Assembly: GCA_963743885.1 (NCBI GenBank)
Contig: CAVURJ010000001.1
Span: 204,949 to 268,948, forward strand
Reading direction: 5' to 3'
Source of the DNA: Candidatus Moraniibacteriota bacterium
GTDB taxonomy: Bacteria > Patescibacteriota > Minisyncoccia > Moranbacterales > UBA1568
DNA: 64,000 nucleotides
The stretch's first letter is position 1, and each line of letters begins with the position of its first letter. Position numbers and translations under genes: made by a program. Below are positions 47,046-56,526 of the stretch, in pieces. The notes beneath the pieces are model-generated. The model was not told the DNA's origin, ran no database searches, and saw nothing but the letters and a program-made list of their open reading frames with translations.

Positions 47046-48602
47046 TCATTCTACCCAATGGGATTTCTTGATCTTCTCTACGTCTTCTTCGCGCTTCTCT
47101 TCGATCCGCTCTTTCGCGAGATCGCGGAGCTTCTCGAGATCATGGTTTTTGAGCTCGGCGGCCCGTTTGAGGAGTAGAGCTCGGTCGTTCTTGCTGGAGT
47201 CTTCGATGACTTCGGCAAGGAGGACGTCGAGGATGGCGCCAATCTTCGGTCCGGCCGGAATCGCGAGCGTTTCCATGAGATCCGTCCCTTTGAGGGGGAG
47301 CATCTTTACGGAAACAGGGTCTCTTGAGACCTTGTCGATCATGTATTCCAGATGGCGGAGCTTATAAGGCTTGCCTTTCGGGACGCCGGATCCCAGTCTA
47401 TCACCAATCCGGACATCCATCAAGTCATGCATGTTTTCGAGTCCGACGCGCTTGATAAGCCTCCGGACCGAGGCCTCGGTCACTTCGTCGACATTGTAGT
47501 AGAAGAGATGGTTGTCGACAAGGAGGGTGGCGTGCTCTACGATGGCCTTTGAAAAGCGCAGGCGCGTGAGTATAGCCCGCGTCATGCGGGCGCCGACGTG
47601 GTCATGGTTGTAGAACGTCGAGCGATAGCCATCGCCACGTTTGGTACGGGGTTTGCCGACATCGTGGAGGAGCGCTGCGAGGCGGACGGAGAGCTTCTTC
47701 GATGGGCAGGTCGCGAGCGCGCGCAGGTTGTGTTCCCAGACGGTATAGATGTGGTGGAGGTTTTGGGAAACATCGATGCCTTCTCTGAGTTCTGGCATGA
47801 TGAAGCGGAGCAGTCCGGCTTCTTCGAGCATCGTGATGCCTTCGGATGGGCTATCTGAGAGGATGATCTTTGAGAGTTCATCGCGGACGCGCTCTTTTGA
47901 GATGGCTTCGAGATGAGCCGAGAGCTTTTTGATTGCTTGAAATGTCGCATCTTCGATGTGCCAGCTGTGCGAGGTCTTGGTTTCGGATGGGTCACGGAGC
48001 TCGGCGTAGAATCGGATGGCGCGCATGAGACGGAGAGCGTCTTCACCGAAGCGCTCTTCTGGATCGCCTACGGTGCGGATGACGCGCTTTTCTAGATCCT
48101 TCCGACCCTCGAACGGATCGATGAATCCCCAACTTTCACCGGATTCCTCAGAGCCTGTATCTTGTTTCCCTGTCCGTCCGGCAGGCGGGTTGTATCTTGC
48201 ATCTTTTCCATATGCAATAGCATTGACGGTGAAGTCGCGGCGGGCAAGATCTTCTTCGAGCGACTGCGTGAAGAACACTTCTTTCGGTCGGCGCCGGTCC
48301 TCGTATGCCGATTCGATCCGGTAGGTAGTGACTTCGATGACATCATGTTCTTTGTCTTCTGGCGTCGTCGTGAGGAAGCGAGGGACCTTTACTCCTACGG
48401 TGCCGAAATCGTTCTCGTAGAAGCTCTCAGGGAAGAGCTCCAGAACCTTTTCTGGCAGGGCATCGGTCGTCACATCCCAGTCTTTCGGGGCACGTCCGAG
48501 CAATGTATCGCGCACACAACCGCCGACCGCGAACGCCTCAAAACCGGCCTTGTTTAGGCTCCCGATGATTTCCGTGACCGGTTGTGGGATGACGTGTTTC
48601 AT
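47046..48602 (-). CDS. cca: CCA tRNA nucleotidyltransferase with HD domain
   Basis: VGGCVRD..KDWDVTT, EDLARRDFTVNAIA, EDALRLMRAIRF and LLHDVGK. Confidence 0.9.
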   Translation of the reverse strand: MKHVIPQPVTEIIGSLNKAGFEAFAVGGCVRDTLLGRAPKDWDVTTDALPEKVLELFPESFYENDFGTVGVKVPRFLTTTPEDKEHDVIEVTTYRIESAYEDRRRPKEVFFTQSLEEDLARRDFTVNAIAYGKDARYNPPAGRTGKQDTGSEESGESWGFIDPFEGRKDLEKRVIRTVGDPEERFGEDALRLMRAIRFYAELRDPSETKTSHSWHIEDATFQAIKKLSAHLEAISKERVRDELSKIILSDSPSEGITMLEEAGLLRFIMPELREGIDVSQNLHHIYTVWEHNLRALATCPSKKLSVRLAALLHDVGKPRTKRGDGYRSTFYNHDHVGARMTRAILTRLRFSKAIVEHATLLVDNHLFYYNVDEVTEASVRRLIKRVGLENMHDLMDVRIGDRLGSGVPKGKPYKLRHLEYMIDKVSRDPVSVKMLPLKGTDLMETLAIPAGPKIGAILDVLLAEVIEDSSKNDRALLLKRAAELKNHDLEKLRDLAKERIEEKREEDVEKIKKSHWVE

Positions 48603-48740
48603 ACACTACACTCTAGCAATCTTTCCCGTCCCTGCCAATGCTTCTTCGAAGCGTTGTTTGGATTACCGTATTGAATCGTTGTCTCGGATAGCTTTTTACA
48701 GGATCGCACTCAATCAGCATTTGAACACCTAATATTTTGA

Positions 48741-48778
48741 TATATCACATGATTGACGACCGTCATTTATGTGATATA
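48741..48778. repeat. Palindromic element at the 3' end of the PaaX/Cas2-like gene
   Basis: tatatcacatgattgacgaccgtcatttatgtgatata; inverted copy at 49439-49474. Confidence 0.8.
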
Positions 48779-49377
48779 TCTGAAATACGTATTTTGTCGG
48801 CATCGACGCTATCAGCGTTTGGTTTCGAAAAGAAATATTTCTTGAGCTCTTTTTTGTTATCAATATCCTGAATAGTGATAATGCGGACGTAGCGTGAGGC
48901 GTTGTAGAGATCGGTGAGGCAAGCAATCTCTTTTTCACAGGGAAAGGGGAAGATAAGAGCACTCTTCTGGAGTTCGACGAACCCGATTGTTTTGAGATGG
49001 TCGCGCAGGATGTTGCGGAACATGCGCTTCTTCTCTGGAATATCGAAAAGGACCAGTCTCCACAGCCCGTCCCATTTTTTTGGCCGCTTGATCTTTATCG
49101 TGCTGCCGAAAAGGCTGGCGTACTTTGCCCATCGCTTGCCTTGTTCTGTCAGGCGGAGCACGATGGTCCCGTCGGGATGTTGCGTCTCCTTGAGGAGCTT
49201 CTGTTGGCAGAGTGAACGGAGCGAGCGGTTGAGATTCTGTCGGTCGATATATCTCCAGTCTTTCCGGATGCCTTTCAGGATGCGTGGGAAAGCGCCTTGC
49301 GATCCGGAGATGCTGAGGGCTGCTCCGCCGAGGAGGATGAGGAGGATTTTCTGCTGTACCGAACCTATCTTGAGCAT
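48763..49377 (-). CDS. PaaX-like winged-HTH plus Cas2-like domain protein
   Basis: LRLTEQGK wing; WDGLWRLVLFDIPEKKR..RNILR..LK.IGF.ELQKS..IFPF. Confidence 0.8.
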   Translation of the reverse strand: MLKIGSVQQKILLILLGGAALSISGSQGAFPRILKGIRKDWRYIDRQNLNRSLRSLCQQKLLKETQHPDGTIVLRLTEQGKRWAKYASLFGSTIKIKRPKKWDGLWRLVLFDIPEKKRMFRNILRDHLKTIGFVELQKSALIFPFPCEKEIACLTDLYNASRYVRIITIQDIDNKKELKKYFFSKPNADSVDADKIRISDISHK

Positions 49378-49438
49378 ATTTTTAGAGTTTTCTGATATCT
49401 ATTATTGCATTAGTAGGTATTTTTTTCCTATCTCCAAT

Positions 49439-49474
49439 ATATCATATGAATGACGGTCGTCAATTATGTGATAT
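49439..49474. repeat. Palindromic element upstream of the PaaX/Cas2-like gene
   Basis: atatcatatgaatgacggtcgtcaattatgtgatat. Confidence 0.8.
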
Positions 49475-49722
49475 GTCTGGGAAAGATGGGAGGGGGGGGT
49501 AGAGGGAAAATAAGAGAAAAACAGGAAGGAAACAGAGGGAAGAAAGGAGGAAACAGAGGGAAAATGAAAGACGCGGATGGAAGATGAAAGACAGGGAGGA
49601 GAATGCGAGGAGAAAATCGTGGTTTGACAGGGGTATCGGGGGGGGTGGTGATAATAGGGAAAGAGAGCGGAGAAGCACTCCTTTTTCTTTGGTTTTGGTA
49701 ATCTAATCTGATCTTAATCCCT

Positions 49723-50826
49723 ATGGACTTCGAAAAGCAGGCTGGTGCGGCGTCGAGAGAGGACTTTGCGAGCAATGAGGAACAGGTCGCAGCGAAGAAG
49801 GCGGCGATCGCCGAAGCGGCGGCGGCCGGAGACTATGACAAGGTAGCGGAATTGGCTCAGGCAGCCAAAGGGCTGGAAACAAGCAAGAACGAGATGATGA
49901 GTAATACGGAGGATGCTGCGAGAGCGGAGAACGCCGAGCGGGACGCGGCGGCCAAAAAGGAAGGCGACCATGTGGAAGCGCTGGAGATGAACAAGGCGTT
50001 CGATGAGAGCCAGGCCGCCGAGAAGGCAGCTCAGGAACGGGCCAAGATTGCTGAGGCGGACAAATTGAGTGCGGAAGCGGATGCAGCGGCGGCAGCCAAG
50101 CTTGCGGAGCAGATTAAGAGCGGGAATGTTGGAGTGGAAGTGCAGTCGGCTGAAGTGGTACAGGACAAACCGATTGGAAATACATTTGAGGCACCAAAGA
50201 ATGAGACGTTTGAGAAGTATGGGGAGAAGATGCGTGGAGCCGCGGCAGAATTGGTGAATGTGAAAAAACAGATGCAGGCGAATGAAAAAATCATGTATTC
50301 GAAAGAGCTTGATATGGCAGAGCGGTTGAAAGCACAGGATGAAAATAAAGCATTGAATGAGACAAGGAATAAGCTGAGGGAGGATGCTTTATTCGGGGCT
50401 GAGTTTCGTAGGCAAAAAACAGGAGAATCATATAGCGAGTATTCTGACTATCAAAGAAAAACTCTTGATGAGTATCGTGATGCTGCGATGCAAGACCCTC
50501 AGACTGTTCTAAGTATGTTGGAGTCAGGTGAATTGGGAAATGGATATCGTGAGGGCGAGGGAGTTGGACAGATCAGTGAGGAGCTTCGAGAAAATCCGGA
50601 GTTTATGGCAAAAGCACTTGAACTTTTGCCGAATGGTAGGGCAGCAGAAAATTTCTGGGTTCATGTTAAAGGAGAGGCAAGAAACAATTCTGAGCTGTAT
50701 ATTGCAGCGGTGAAAAAGAATCATTTGAATTACCAGTGGGGTTCGAAGGAATGGAAAACGGATCCGGAGATACAGAAAATCGCATTGGAAAGCGGTCTGG
50801 ACCCGATGTATTTGCAGCAGAATTGA
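49723..50826 (+). CDS. Ala/Glu-rich coiled-coil protein with DUF4116-like C-terminal repeats
   Basis: Helical low-complexity N-terminus; SEELRENPEF, AAVKKN..YQWGSKEWKTDPEI. Confidence 0.6.
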   Translation: MDFEKQAGAASREDFASNEEQVAAKKAAIAEAAAAGDYDKVAELAQAAKGLETSKNEMMSNTEDAARAENAERDAAAKKEGDHVEALEMNKAFDESQAAEKAAQERAKIAEADKLSAEADAAAAAKLAEQIKSGNVGVEVQSAEVVQDKPIGNTFEAPKNETFEKYGEKMRGAAAELVNVKKQMQANEKIMYSKELDMAERLKAQDENKALNETRNKLREDALFGAEFRRQKTGESYSEYSDYQRKTLDEYRDAAMQDPQTVLSMLESGELGNGYREGEGVGQISEELRENPEFMAKALELLPNGRAAENFWVHVKGEARNNSELYIAAVKKNHLNYQWGSKEWKTDPEIQKIALESGLDPMYLQQN

Positions 50827-50909
50827 GACACCTGGTTTTTTGAAAAAAGTATCGCTAGGTATATTAGTAAAAACAGCGGTTAAACCGCTGTTTTTGTCTG
50901 TCTATATAT

Positions 50910-50967
50910 GTAGCACATAAACCACGGCCGCCCGCCTTGCCGTCGAGTCAGGTCAATTATGTGATAT
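50910..50967. repeat. Palindromic element with nested insert (same composite as 187-244)
   Basis: cacataaaccacggccg-cccgccttgccgtcgagtcagg-tcaattatgtgatat. Confidence 0.75.
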
Positions 50968-51293
50968 GTGTAGGAATGGACTAGGGAGAAGTTGGAGCTG
51001 ATTTTTCATATGATACCCCTTAGTTTCGCAGACGAAACAGCTCCCCTTGGAAAGGGGAGCTAGAGAAATATACGAGAGACTTTTTATGCGAAGCCTGGAT
51101 CCTGGGTCCCTCCATAGGCGGGCAGACATGCCCGGGATGACAGAAAATGAGAATACTTCGAGCTACTGTTTTTGATACCCCTCAGTTTGGCAAGCTTCCT
51201 TAAAACCTCCCCTCAGTCCCCTCCTTGGAAAGCTTGCCTGTCCGGTAAGCAGGGAGGGGAGGTAAAAGAGTAGTGGGGAGCAGGAAGAAACTG

Positions 51294-53072
51294 TTAGAGG
51301 CTGCGCTTCCTCGACTCTTCTTTGTAGCAGATGAGGATGTCGCCTGATTCGATTTTCACGTTGCCTTCGAAGACGACGCCGCATTCGTTGCCCTGGCCGA
51401 CTTCGTCGGCGTTCTCCTTGTTGCGCTGGAGATTGAGCATCCGACCTGAGCCGACGATCTCATCGCCGCGCTTCACCTCGATCTGCGAGCCGCGGAGCAT
51501 CTTGCCTTCGGCGACGCGGCCGCCGACGATCATATCGCGCTTGCCGGTCTTGAAGATGGCGAGGACGGAGAGCTGGCCGGAATCGGTGCGGACGATCTCA
51601 GGCGGGAGCATTGAGGCGAGACGGTCTTTCACAGCTTCGACGAGTTTGTAGATGATATCGTAGGTCTCGATCTCGATCTTGGCATTCTCAGCCATGCGCT
51701 TGGCGACTGGAGTTGGGATACTATTGAAGCCCAAGATGAGCGCGTGGGCGCTCTCAGCCATGCGGACATCGGATTCGGTGATGGAGCCGACGCCCTGGTC
51801 GATCATCTCAAGCGCAACCTCATCAGACTGGATGGAGGAAGAAAGGATCTGCTCGATGGCTTCGAGCGAGCCCTGTACATCGGCCTTGAGGATGACCGGG
51901 AGCCGCTTGATGCCTTCCTCACCTTCTTGCTGGATGCGGCCGAGCTTGCTCTTCGCGCCGCCGGCTTCTTTGGAGCGCAGGCGCGCGAGGCTCTTGCCGG
52001 AGACGACTTCTACGACGTCGTTGACCTGCGGGGCGCTATTGAAGCCGTAGAGTGTGGCTGGAACTGACGGGCCGGCGGAGGTGACGTTCTTGCCGGCGAA
52101 ATCCTCGATGCGACGGATGCGTCCGAAGGCGCCGCCTGCGACGACATCCTGGCCGACCTTCAGTGTACCGGTGCGGACGAGCACGGTCGCGACCGGACCC
52201 TTCTGTGGATCGAGGTGTGCTTCGAGGACAACAGCGAGGCCATCACGTTTTGCATCGGCGCGAAAATCCTCGACTTCGGCAACGAGGAGGATGCTGTCTA
52301 AGAGCTTGTCGATATTGATATTGTTCTTGGCACTGATCTCATTGCACATGACGTCGCCGCCCCATTCTTCAAAGAGGATGCCATGCTCAGCGAGCTCCTG
52401 CTTCACGCGTTCTGGCTTGGCTTCCGGTTTGTCGATCTTGTTGATGGCGACGATGACTGGGAGTTTGTGCTCCTTCAGGTATGCGATGACCTCCTTGGTC
52501 TGCGGGCGGACGCCATCGTCGGCCGCGACAACGAGAATAGCGATGTCGGCGATAGAAAGACCGCGCTTGCGCATAGCAGCGAACGCCTCGTGGCCCGGAG
52601 TGTCGACGAACGTGATGAGCTGTTTGTGCTTCTTGGCCTGGTAGGCGCTGATGTGCTGGGTGATGCCACCCGCTTCGCCGGCTGCGACGCTCGCCTTGCG
52701 AATGGTGTCGAGAAGCGTAGTCTTGCCGTGATCGACGTGACCGAGGATGGTGACAATCGGTGCGCGTGGGGAGAGGTTCTTGCCGGATGCTTTCTCTTCG
52801 ATCAGGGCCTTGCCGAGACCTTCGAGGGTCATCTGGCCTTCTTTGGCGGCTTCGGTCGCTTCGGTCGCCTCGAAGCCGAGGCCAAGTGCGATGATGCTTG
52901 CAGTATCATAGTCAATCTCCTCGTTGATGGTCGCCAAGATGCCGTTCTTCATGAGCTCGGTGATGACGGCGGCCACAGGCAAATCAAGGAGCTCGGAGAG
53001 CTTCTTTACGGTGACCGATGACGGGAGGGCGACGGCCTTGATTTTTGCTTCGATTTCCTGCTCTTGATCCAT
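51294..53072 (-). CDS. infB: Translation initiation factor IF-2
   Basis: GHVDHGKT, GEAGGITQHI, DTPGHEAF, NKID and KADVQGSLEAI. Confidence 0.97.
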   Translation of the reverse strand: MDQEQEIEAKIKAVALPSSVTVKKLSELLDLPVAAVITELMKNGILATINEEIDYDTASIIALGLGFEATEATEAAKEGQMTLEGLGKALIEEKASGKNLSPRAPIVTILGHVDHGKTTLLDTIRKASVAAGEAGGITQHISAYQAKKHKQLITFVDTPGHEAFAAMRKRGLSIADIAILVVAADDGVRPQTKEVIAYLKEHKLPVIVAINKIDKPEAKPERVKQELAEHGILFEEWGGDVMCNEISAKNNINIDKLLDSILLVAEVEDFRADAKRDGLAVVLEAHLDPQKGPVATVLVRTGTLKVGQDVVAGGAFGRIRRIEDFAGKNVTSAGPSVPATLYGFNSAPQVNDVVEVVSGKSLARLRSKEAGGAKSKLGRIQQEGEEGIKRLPVILKADVQGSLEAIEQILSSSIQSDEVALEMIDQGVGSITESDVRMAESAHALILGFNSIPTPVAKRMAENAKIEIETYDIIYKLVEAVKDRLASMLPPEIVRTDSGQLSVLAIFKTGKRDMIVGGRVAEGKMLRGSQIEVKRGDEIVGSGRMLNLQRNKENADEVGQGNECGVVFEGNVKIESGDILICYKEESRKRSL

Positions 53073-53173
53073 AGGGAGTCTGTAAAGTTTACCTTGTGAA
53101 ATTCCGTCGGAGCGGACCAGCGAAGCTGGATTTCACGGGGTAAGTTAAGTTTTGAAAATTGATTATGGAATAT

Positions 53174-53692
53174 TTATACGGTTTTCGGCTTGCCACTTAT
53201 GGCTTCTTGGATTGCCGCCTTCTCTTCCTCGGTGAAGGGGAATCCGTCTGGCTCGCCCAAGACAACGGGCTTGGCGTAGACACGGGTGCCTTCACGGGTA
53301 TGGAGCGAAGAAAGCACGGCGCCTGAGTTCTTGCCGTCGAGGAGCGCTACCGAAAAGCTCTGATTGCCGCCGACTTCCTTGAAAGGATTGAAGCGCAGTA
53401 CGGCGGTCTTATGGACGCTTTTGAGGCAGAGGTCGCGGAGGCGGTTCGATATCTCGAAGAGTTCCTGAATCTCTGAGTCGAGCTCCTTGGTGTTTTCGAG
53501 CTGTTCACGGAGGACCGATTCCAATTCTTTGGCGTCTTTGCCAGAAAAAAAGGTCTGAAGCGATCGCTCTATACGCCGCTGTTTCGCGAAGATGATGCCG
53601 ATGACCGCCAGAGCGGCGAGCACGGCGAGTATAAGGAACGTGAGGCTCCCGTAGATGATCGGCGCTGAAAATGTCTGGAGGAAAGATGGCAT
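53174..53692 (-). CDS. DUF4446-like membrane-anchored protein
   Basis: N-terminal TM; RFNPF.EVGGNQSFS.ALLD..G..LSSLH.REG.RVYAKP. Confidence 0.75.
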   Translation of the reverse strand: MPSFLQTFSAPIIYGSLTFLILAVLAALAVIGIIFAKQRRIERSLQTFFSGKDAKELESVLREQLENTKELDSEIQELFEISNRLRDLCLKSVHKTAVLRFNPFKEVGGNQSFSVALLDGKNSGAVLSSLHTREGTRVYAKPVVLGEPDGFPFTEEEKAAIQEAISGKPKTV

Positions 53693-53769
53693 AGACGCGC
53701 ATGATATCCGGTATTGACTACAGTATCACGCTTTTTCCTTTTTGTCTAGCCAAAAAACGTATATTCCCT

Positions 53770-54093
53770 TCAAGAAAGGTGCTTCTCGGCGTAGGCACGC
53801 ATTTTCCTGATGATTGGCAGCATATCGGCGCCCTGGCGGGTGAGCGAGTAGCTGACGGAGAGCTTGTCGAGGGTCTTTTCTTCGCGGCTGATGAAACCGA
53901 GCTTCTCGAGCTTCCTCAGGCGTCCAGAAAGCGTGACCGGACAGATATCCGGTATGGACCGCTCGAGTTCGGAAAAGCGCTTTGATTCGCTTCCGAGCGC
54001 ATCGATGATAAAGAGTGTCCAGGCATCGCCGAAGACCCAGAGGGCGGCTGCGGCGGGGCAGGCGGAGAGTTCTTTAGGGGAGGCTTGACGCAT
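53770..54093 (-). CDS. HxlR-family winged-HTH regulator
   Basis: CP...AL...GDAWTL.II..L...KRFSEL....P..LSGRLRKLE; divergent from the nitroreductase. Confidence 0.85.
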   Translation of the reverse strand: MRQASPKELSACPAAAALWVFGDAWTLFIIDALGSESKRFSELERSIPDICPVTLSGRLRKLEKLGFISREEKTLDKLSVSYSLTRQGADMLPIIRKMRAYAEKHLS

Positions 54094-54181
54094 AGGCTTT
54101 CATTATACTATAATTCATATACCACTACATAATATATAGTGAATAACGGGAGGTAACTAATACAGTAATGATACCACAAGT

Positions 54182-54817
54182 ATGAAAGAAGCTATCATGA
54201 AGGCGCTCTCGTGGCGCTATGCGACCCAGGTATTTGATCCGGAGCGGAAGCTGCCGGAGGATACGCTCCGCACGATCCTTGAGAGCGGGCGGCTGGCGCC
54301 GAGCTCGTTCGGCGTTGAGCCGTGGAAATTCATCGTCGTCACGGATCGGGATCTGCGGGCGAAGCTTCGCGAGGCGAGCTATGGGCAGCCGAAAGTGACG
54401 GATGCATCGCATCTTGTCGTGATCGCCAGACGGACGGATGTCAGGGAGAATATCTCGCGCGAGCTGATTGAGCGTATTTCTGCGGCGACTGGGGCGACAG
54501 CGGATGACCTTGGCGGATTGAGGCAGATGGTGGATGGCGCGGTTGCTTCGCGATCCGATGCAGCGCTTGATGCCTGGGCGGCGGCGCAGACCTATATACC
54601 GCTCGGGATAATGATCGAGACGGCGGCGCTCCTCGGGGTGGATGCCGGTCCGATGGAGGGCTTCGTACCGGATCAGGCAGATGAGATCCTCGGACTCAAG
54701 GCGAAACATCTTTCAGCCACTACCATGCTCGCACTCGGTTATCGCGGCGAGGATGTGGCAGCTGCGCGGCCGAAGGTCCGGCGTGGCTTTGATGAGGCGG
54801 TCGAGTTCATCGGATAG
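54182..54817 (+). CDS. NAD(P)H-dependent nitroreductase
   Basis: WRYAT..FD, RLAPSSFG.EPWKF and GPMEGF. Confidence 0.9.
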   Translation: MKEAIMKALSWRYATQVFDPERKLPEDTLRTILESGRLAPSSFGVEPWKFIVVTDRDLRAKLREASYGQPKVTDASHLVVIARRTDVRENISRELIERISAATGATADDLGGLRQMVDGAVASRSDAALDAWAAAQTYIPLGIMIETAALLGVDAGPMEGFVPDQADEILGLKAKHLSATTMLALGYRGEDVAAARPKVRRGFDEAVEFIG

Positions 54818-54830
54818 CATTCAAAACGAA

Positions 54831-54869
54831 GCGGAAAGGGAGACCTGTCTGCCGGCAGGCAGGGATTCG
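54831..54869 (-). pseudogene. Short relic of a tRNA-Ser 3' end interrupted by a palindromic insert
   Basis: gcggaaagggaga[cctgtctgccggcaggcagg]gattcg matches 55019-55037. Confidence 0.6.
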
Positions 54870-55019
54870 GTCAGGGATAATCCTGTCGCCGATGCGCCGG
54901 GATTTCCACGACCCTGTCTCGCGGTCAGACGTAGTCGTCTGACATCGCTCTGACTTTCTCATCCTCACGAAAGTGCCGCAGGGCACTTTCTCCTTTCTTC
55001 GCCTCACTTTGTTATGCTG

Positions 55020-55137
55020 CGGAAAGGGAGAGATTCGAACTCTCGATACCGTTTCTGGTATGCCGCTTTTCGAGAGCGGTGCTCCGCCAAAGGCGGATAA
55101 ACTTCAACCTTTACCCGCCTTTGGCGGGACTCGGCAT
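55020..55137 (-). pseudogene. Degenerate second tRNA-Ser(CGA) lacking the 5' acceptor strand, D-arm interrupted by CCGCC-AAA/TTT-GGCGG hairpins
   Basis: Intact T-arm, variable arm and anticodon arm ccgct-ctcgaaa-agcgg; 5' part disrupted. Confidence 0.7.
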
Positions 55138-55143
55138 ATGTTG

Positions 55144-55230
55144 CGGAAGCGGGAGGATTCGAACCTCCGATACGGTTACCCGTATACCGCATTTCGAGTG
55201 CGGCCTATTCAACCTCTCTAGCACGCTTCC
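55144..55230 (-). tRNA. tRNA-Ser(CGA)
   Basis: ggaagcg acceptor, ccgca-ctcgaaa-tgcgg anticodon arm, long variable arm, GTTCGAAT. Confidence 0.93.
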
Positions 55231-55341
55231 ATATCCTACATGTTCTGTTGTACAGGAAAAATCCTGAATAATCAAGGGTGAATCCTTCCATTCATCAAGA
55301 TTTTGTTTTATAGTTGCATGGAAGTGTGGTAATAATCGCAT

Positions 55342-56451
55342 ATGTTTCAGAAAGAGTGTTTTCTCAGGGAAAAACTTCCCGTAGTTGTTGCGTATTGGGC
55401 TGTATATGGAACGGCGATCGCGGCGTTTTCGACCATCCCGTATTATGTTTCGCTGTTCCGTACGGAGGCTGCGATAAGGATGATGGGAGTCTCTATACAG
55501 CAGATAATGCTCCTCCTGTTATCGGGATTTAGTCTAATGACGCTCTTATCTCCGCGTTGTGTCGCATTCCGCGAGACCAGAATTTTTTCTACATTAGTAG
55601 CGATCCGTCTTTTTGCGGCAGGCGTGTTTCTTCGTGGCTCTATACCCGTACTCCCGCAGAGGGAAAAAGTGTCGCTTCTTCTCCTTTTGGTCAAGCTGGT
55701 CTTTGTCCCTCTCATGGCGGCGTTCCTTTTTGGGAATGCTGTGGCGTCTATTCATCTGATTGGCAAACTGTTTTCTTCCCCAATGCTATTTTCCGCTGAG
55801 ATGATCTTGAATGTTGTCTATCCGTTCCTGCTCAGCTTCATATTGGCGATTGACGTTTCTGTATTTTTAGCCGGATATCTCATTGAGTCGCCAGCGTGCG
55901 ACAATGTCGTAAGATCGGTTGAGGATACGGCTCTGGGCTGGCTGTTCGCGTTGGCGTGCTACCCGCCTTTCAATAACGTCACGGAGAAGCTTTTTGGTTG
56001 GCACGCTGGTCATTCCGAGAGTTTCGGCCATGTAGGTGTGGATGTCGTTATGGGCGGAGCAGCGGTCGCTTTTATGGCCGTGTATGTTTGGTCGTCTGTC
56101 ACGCTCGGCTTGAAAGCGTCCAACCTGACGAATCGCGGCATTGTAAGCAATGGGCCGTATCGGCTGGTTCGCCACCCGGCGTATATAGCCAAAAACCTCT
56201 CGTGGTTCATCGTTTGTTTGCCAGCGATCCTCTTCTCTTTTTTCGATCTTTGTTCGATCCGGCTTTCAGACGGATTGCCAGAGTTTTTTCATTATTTCCT
56301 CATTTTTGTAGCATCGCTCGCCACTCCCGCGATATGGGGTTTCATCTATTACATGCGGGCCGTTACGGAAGAAAGGCATCTTATGCGCGATCCGGAGTAC
56401 CAGACATATGCTGAGCGTGTGAAGTGGAGGTTTTTACCTGGATTGTTGTGA
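55342..56451 (+). CDS. ICMT/PEMT-family membrane methyltransferase
   Basis: Multiple TMs; SNLTNRGIV..GPYRLVRHPAY, RA.TEERHL and Y..Y...VKWRF.PG. Confidence 0.8.
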   Translation: MFQKECFLREKLPVVVAYWAVYGTAIAAFSTIPYYVSLFRTEAAIRMMGVSIQQIMLLLLSGFSLMTLLSPRCVAFRETRIFSTLVAIRLFAAGVFLRGSIPVLPQREKVSLLLLLVKLVFVPLMAAFLFGNAVASIHLIGKLFSSPMLFSAEMILNVVYPFLLSFILAIDVSVFLAGYLIESPACDNVVRSVEDTALGWLFALACYPPFNNVTEKLFGWHAGHSESFGHVGVDVVMGGAAVAFMAVYVWSSVTLGLKASNLTNRGIVSNGPYRLVRHPAYIAKNLSWFIVCLPAILFSFFDLCSIRLSDGLPEFFHYFLIFVASLATPAIWGFIYYMRAVTEERHLMRDPEYQTYAERVKWRFLPGLL

Positions 56452-56526
56452 ATGTTTTTCGAGAGGGGTGGATTCCGCCAAGGCGGCTTTTGTTGTACAA
56501 TGAAGCTGTCGATATAAAATACATCT

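Noticed and set aside
48763-49377. CRISPR-Cas locus suggested by the Cas2-like domain
   Set aside because: No cas1 or other cas genes, and no regularly spaced repeat-spacer array anywhere in the window
48741-49474. dif/pdif sites (TTATGTGATAT resembles the XerD arm TTATGTTAAAT)
   Set aside because: The arms are separated by about 14 bp rather than the 6-8 bp of dif sites; kept only as an untested alternative
49487-49680. Purine-rich low-complexity tract and its small ORFs
   Set aside because: No periodic unit or coding signal that I can support
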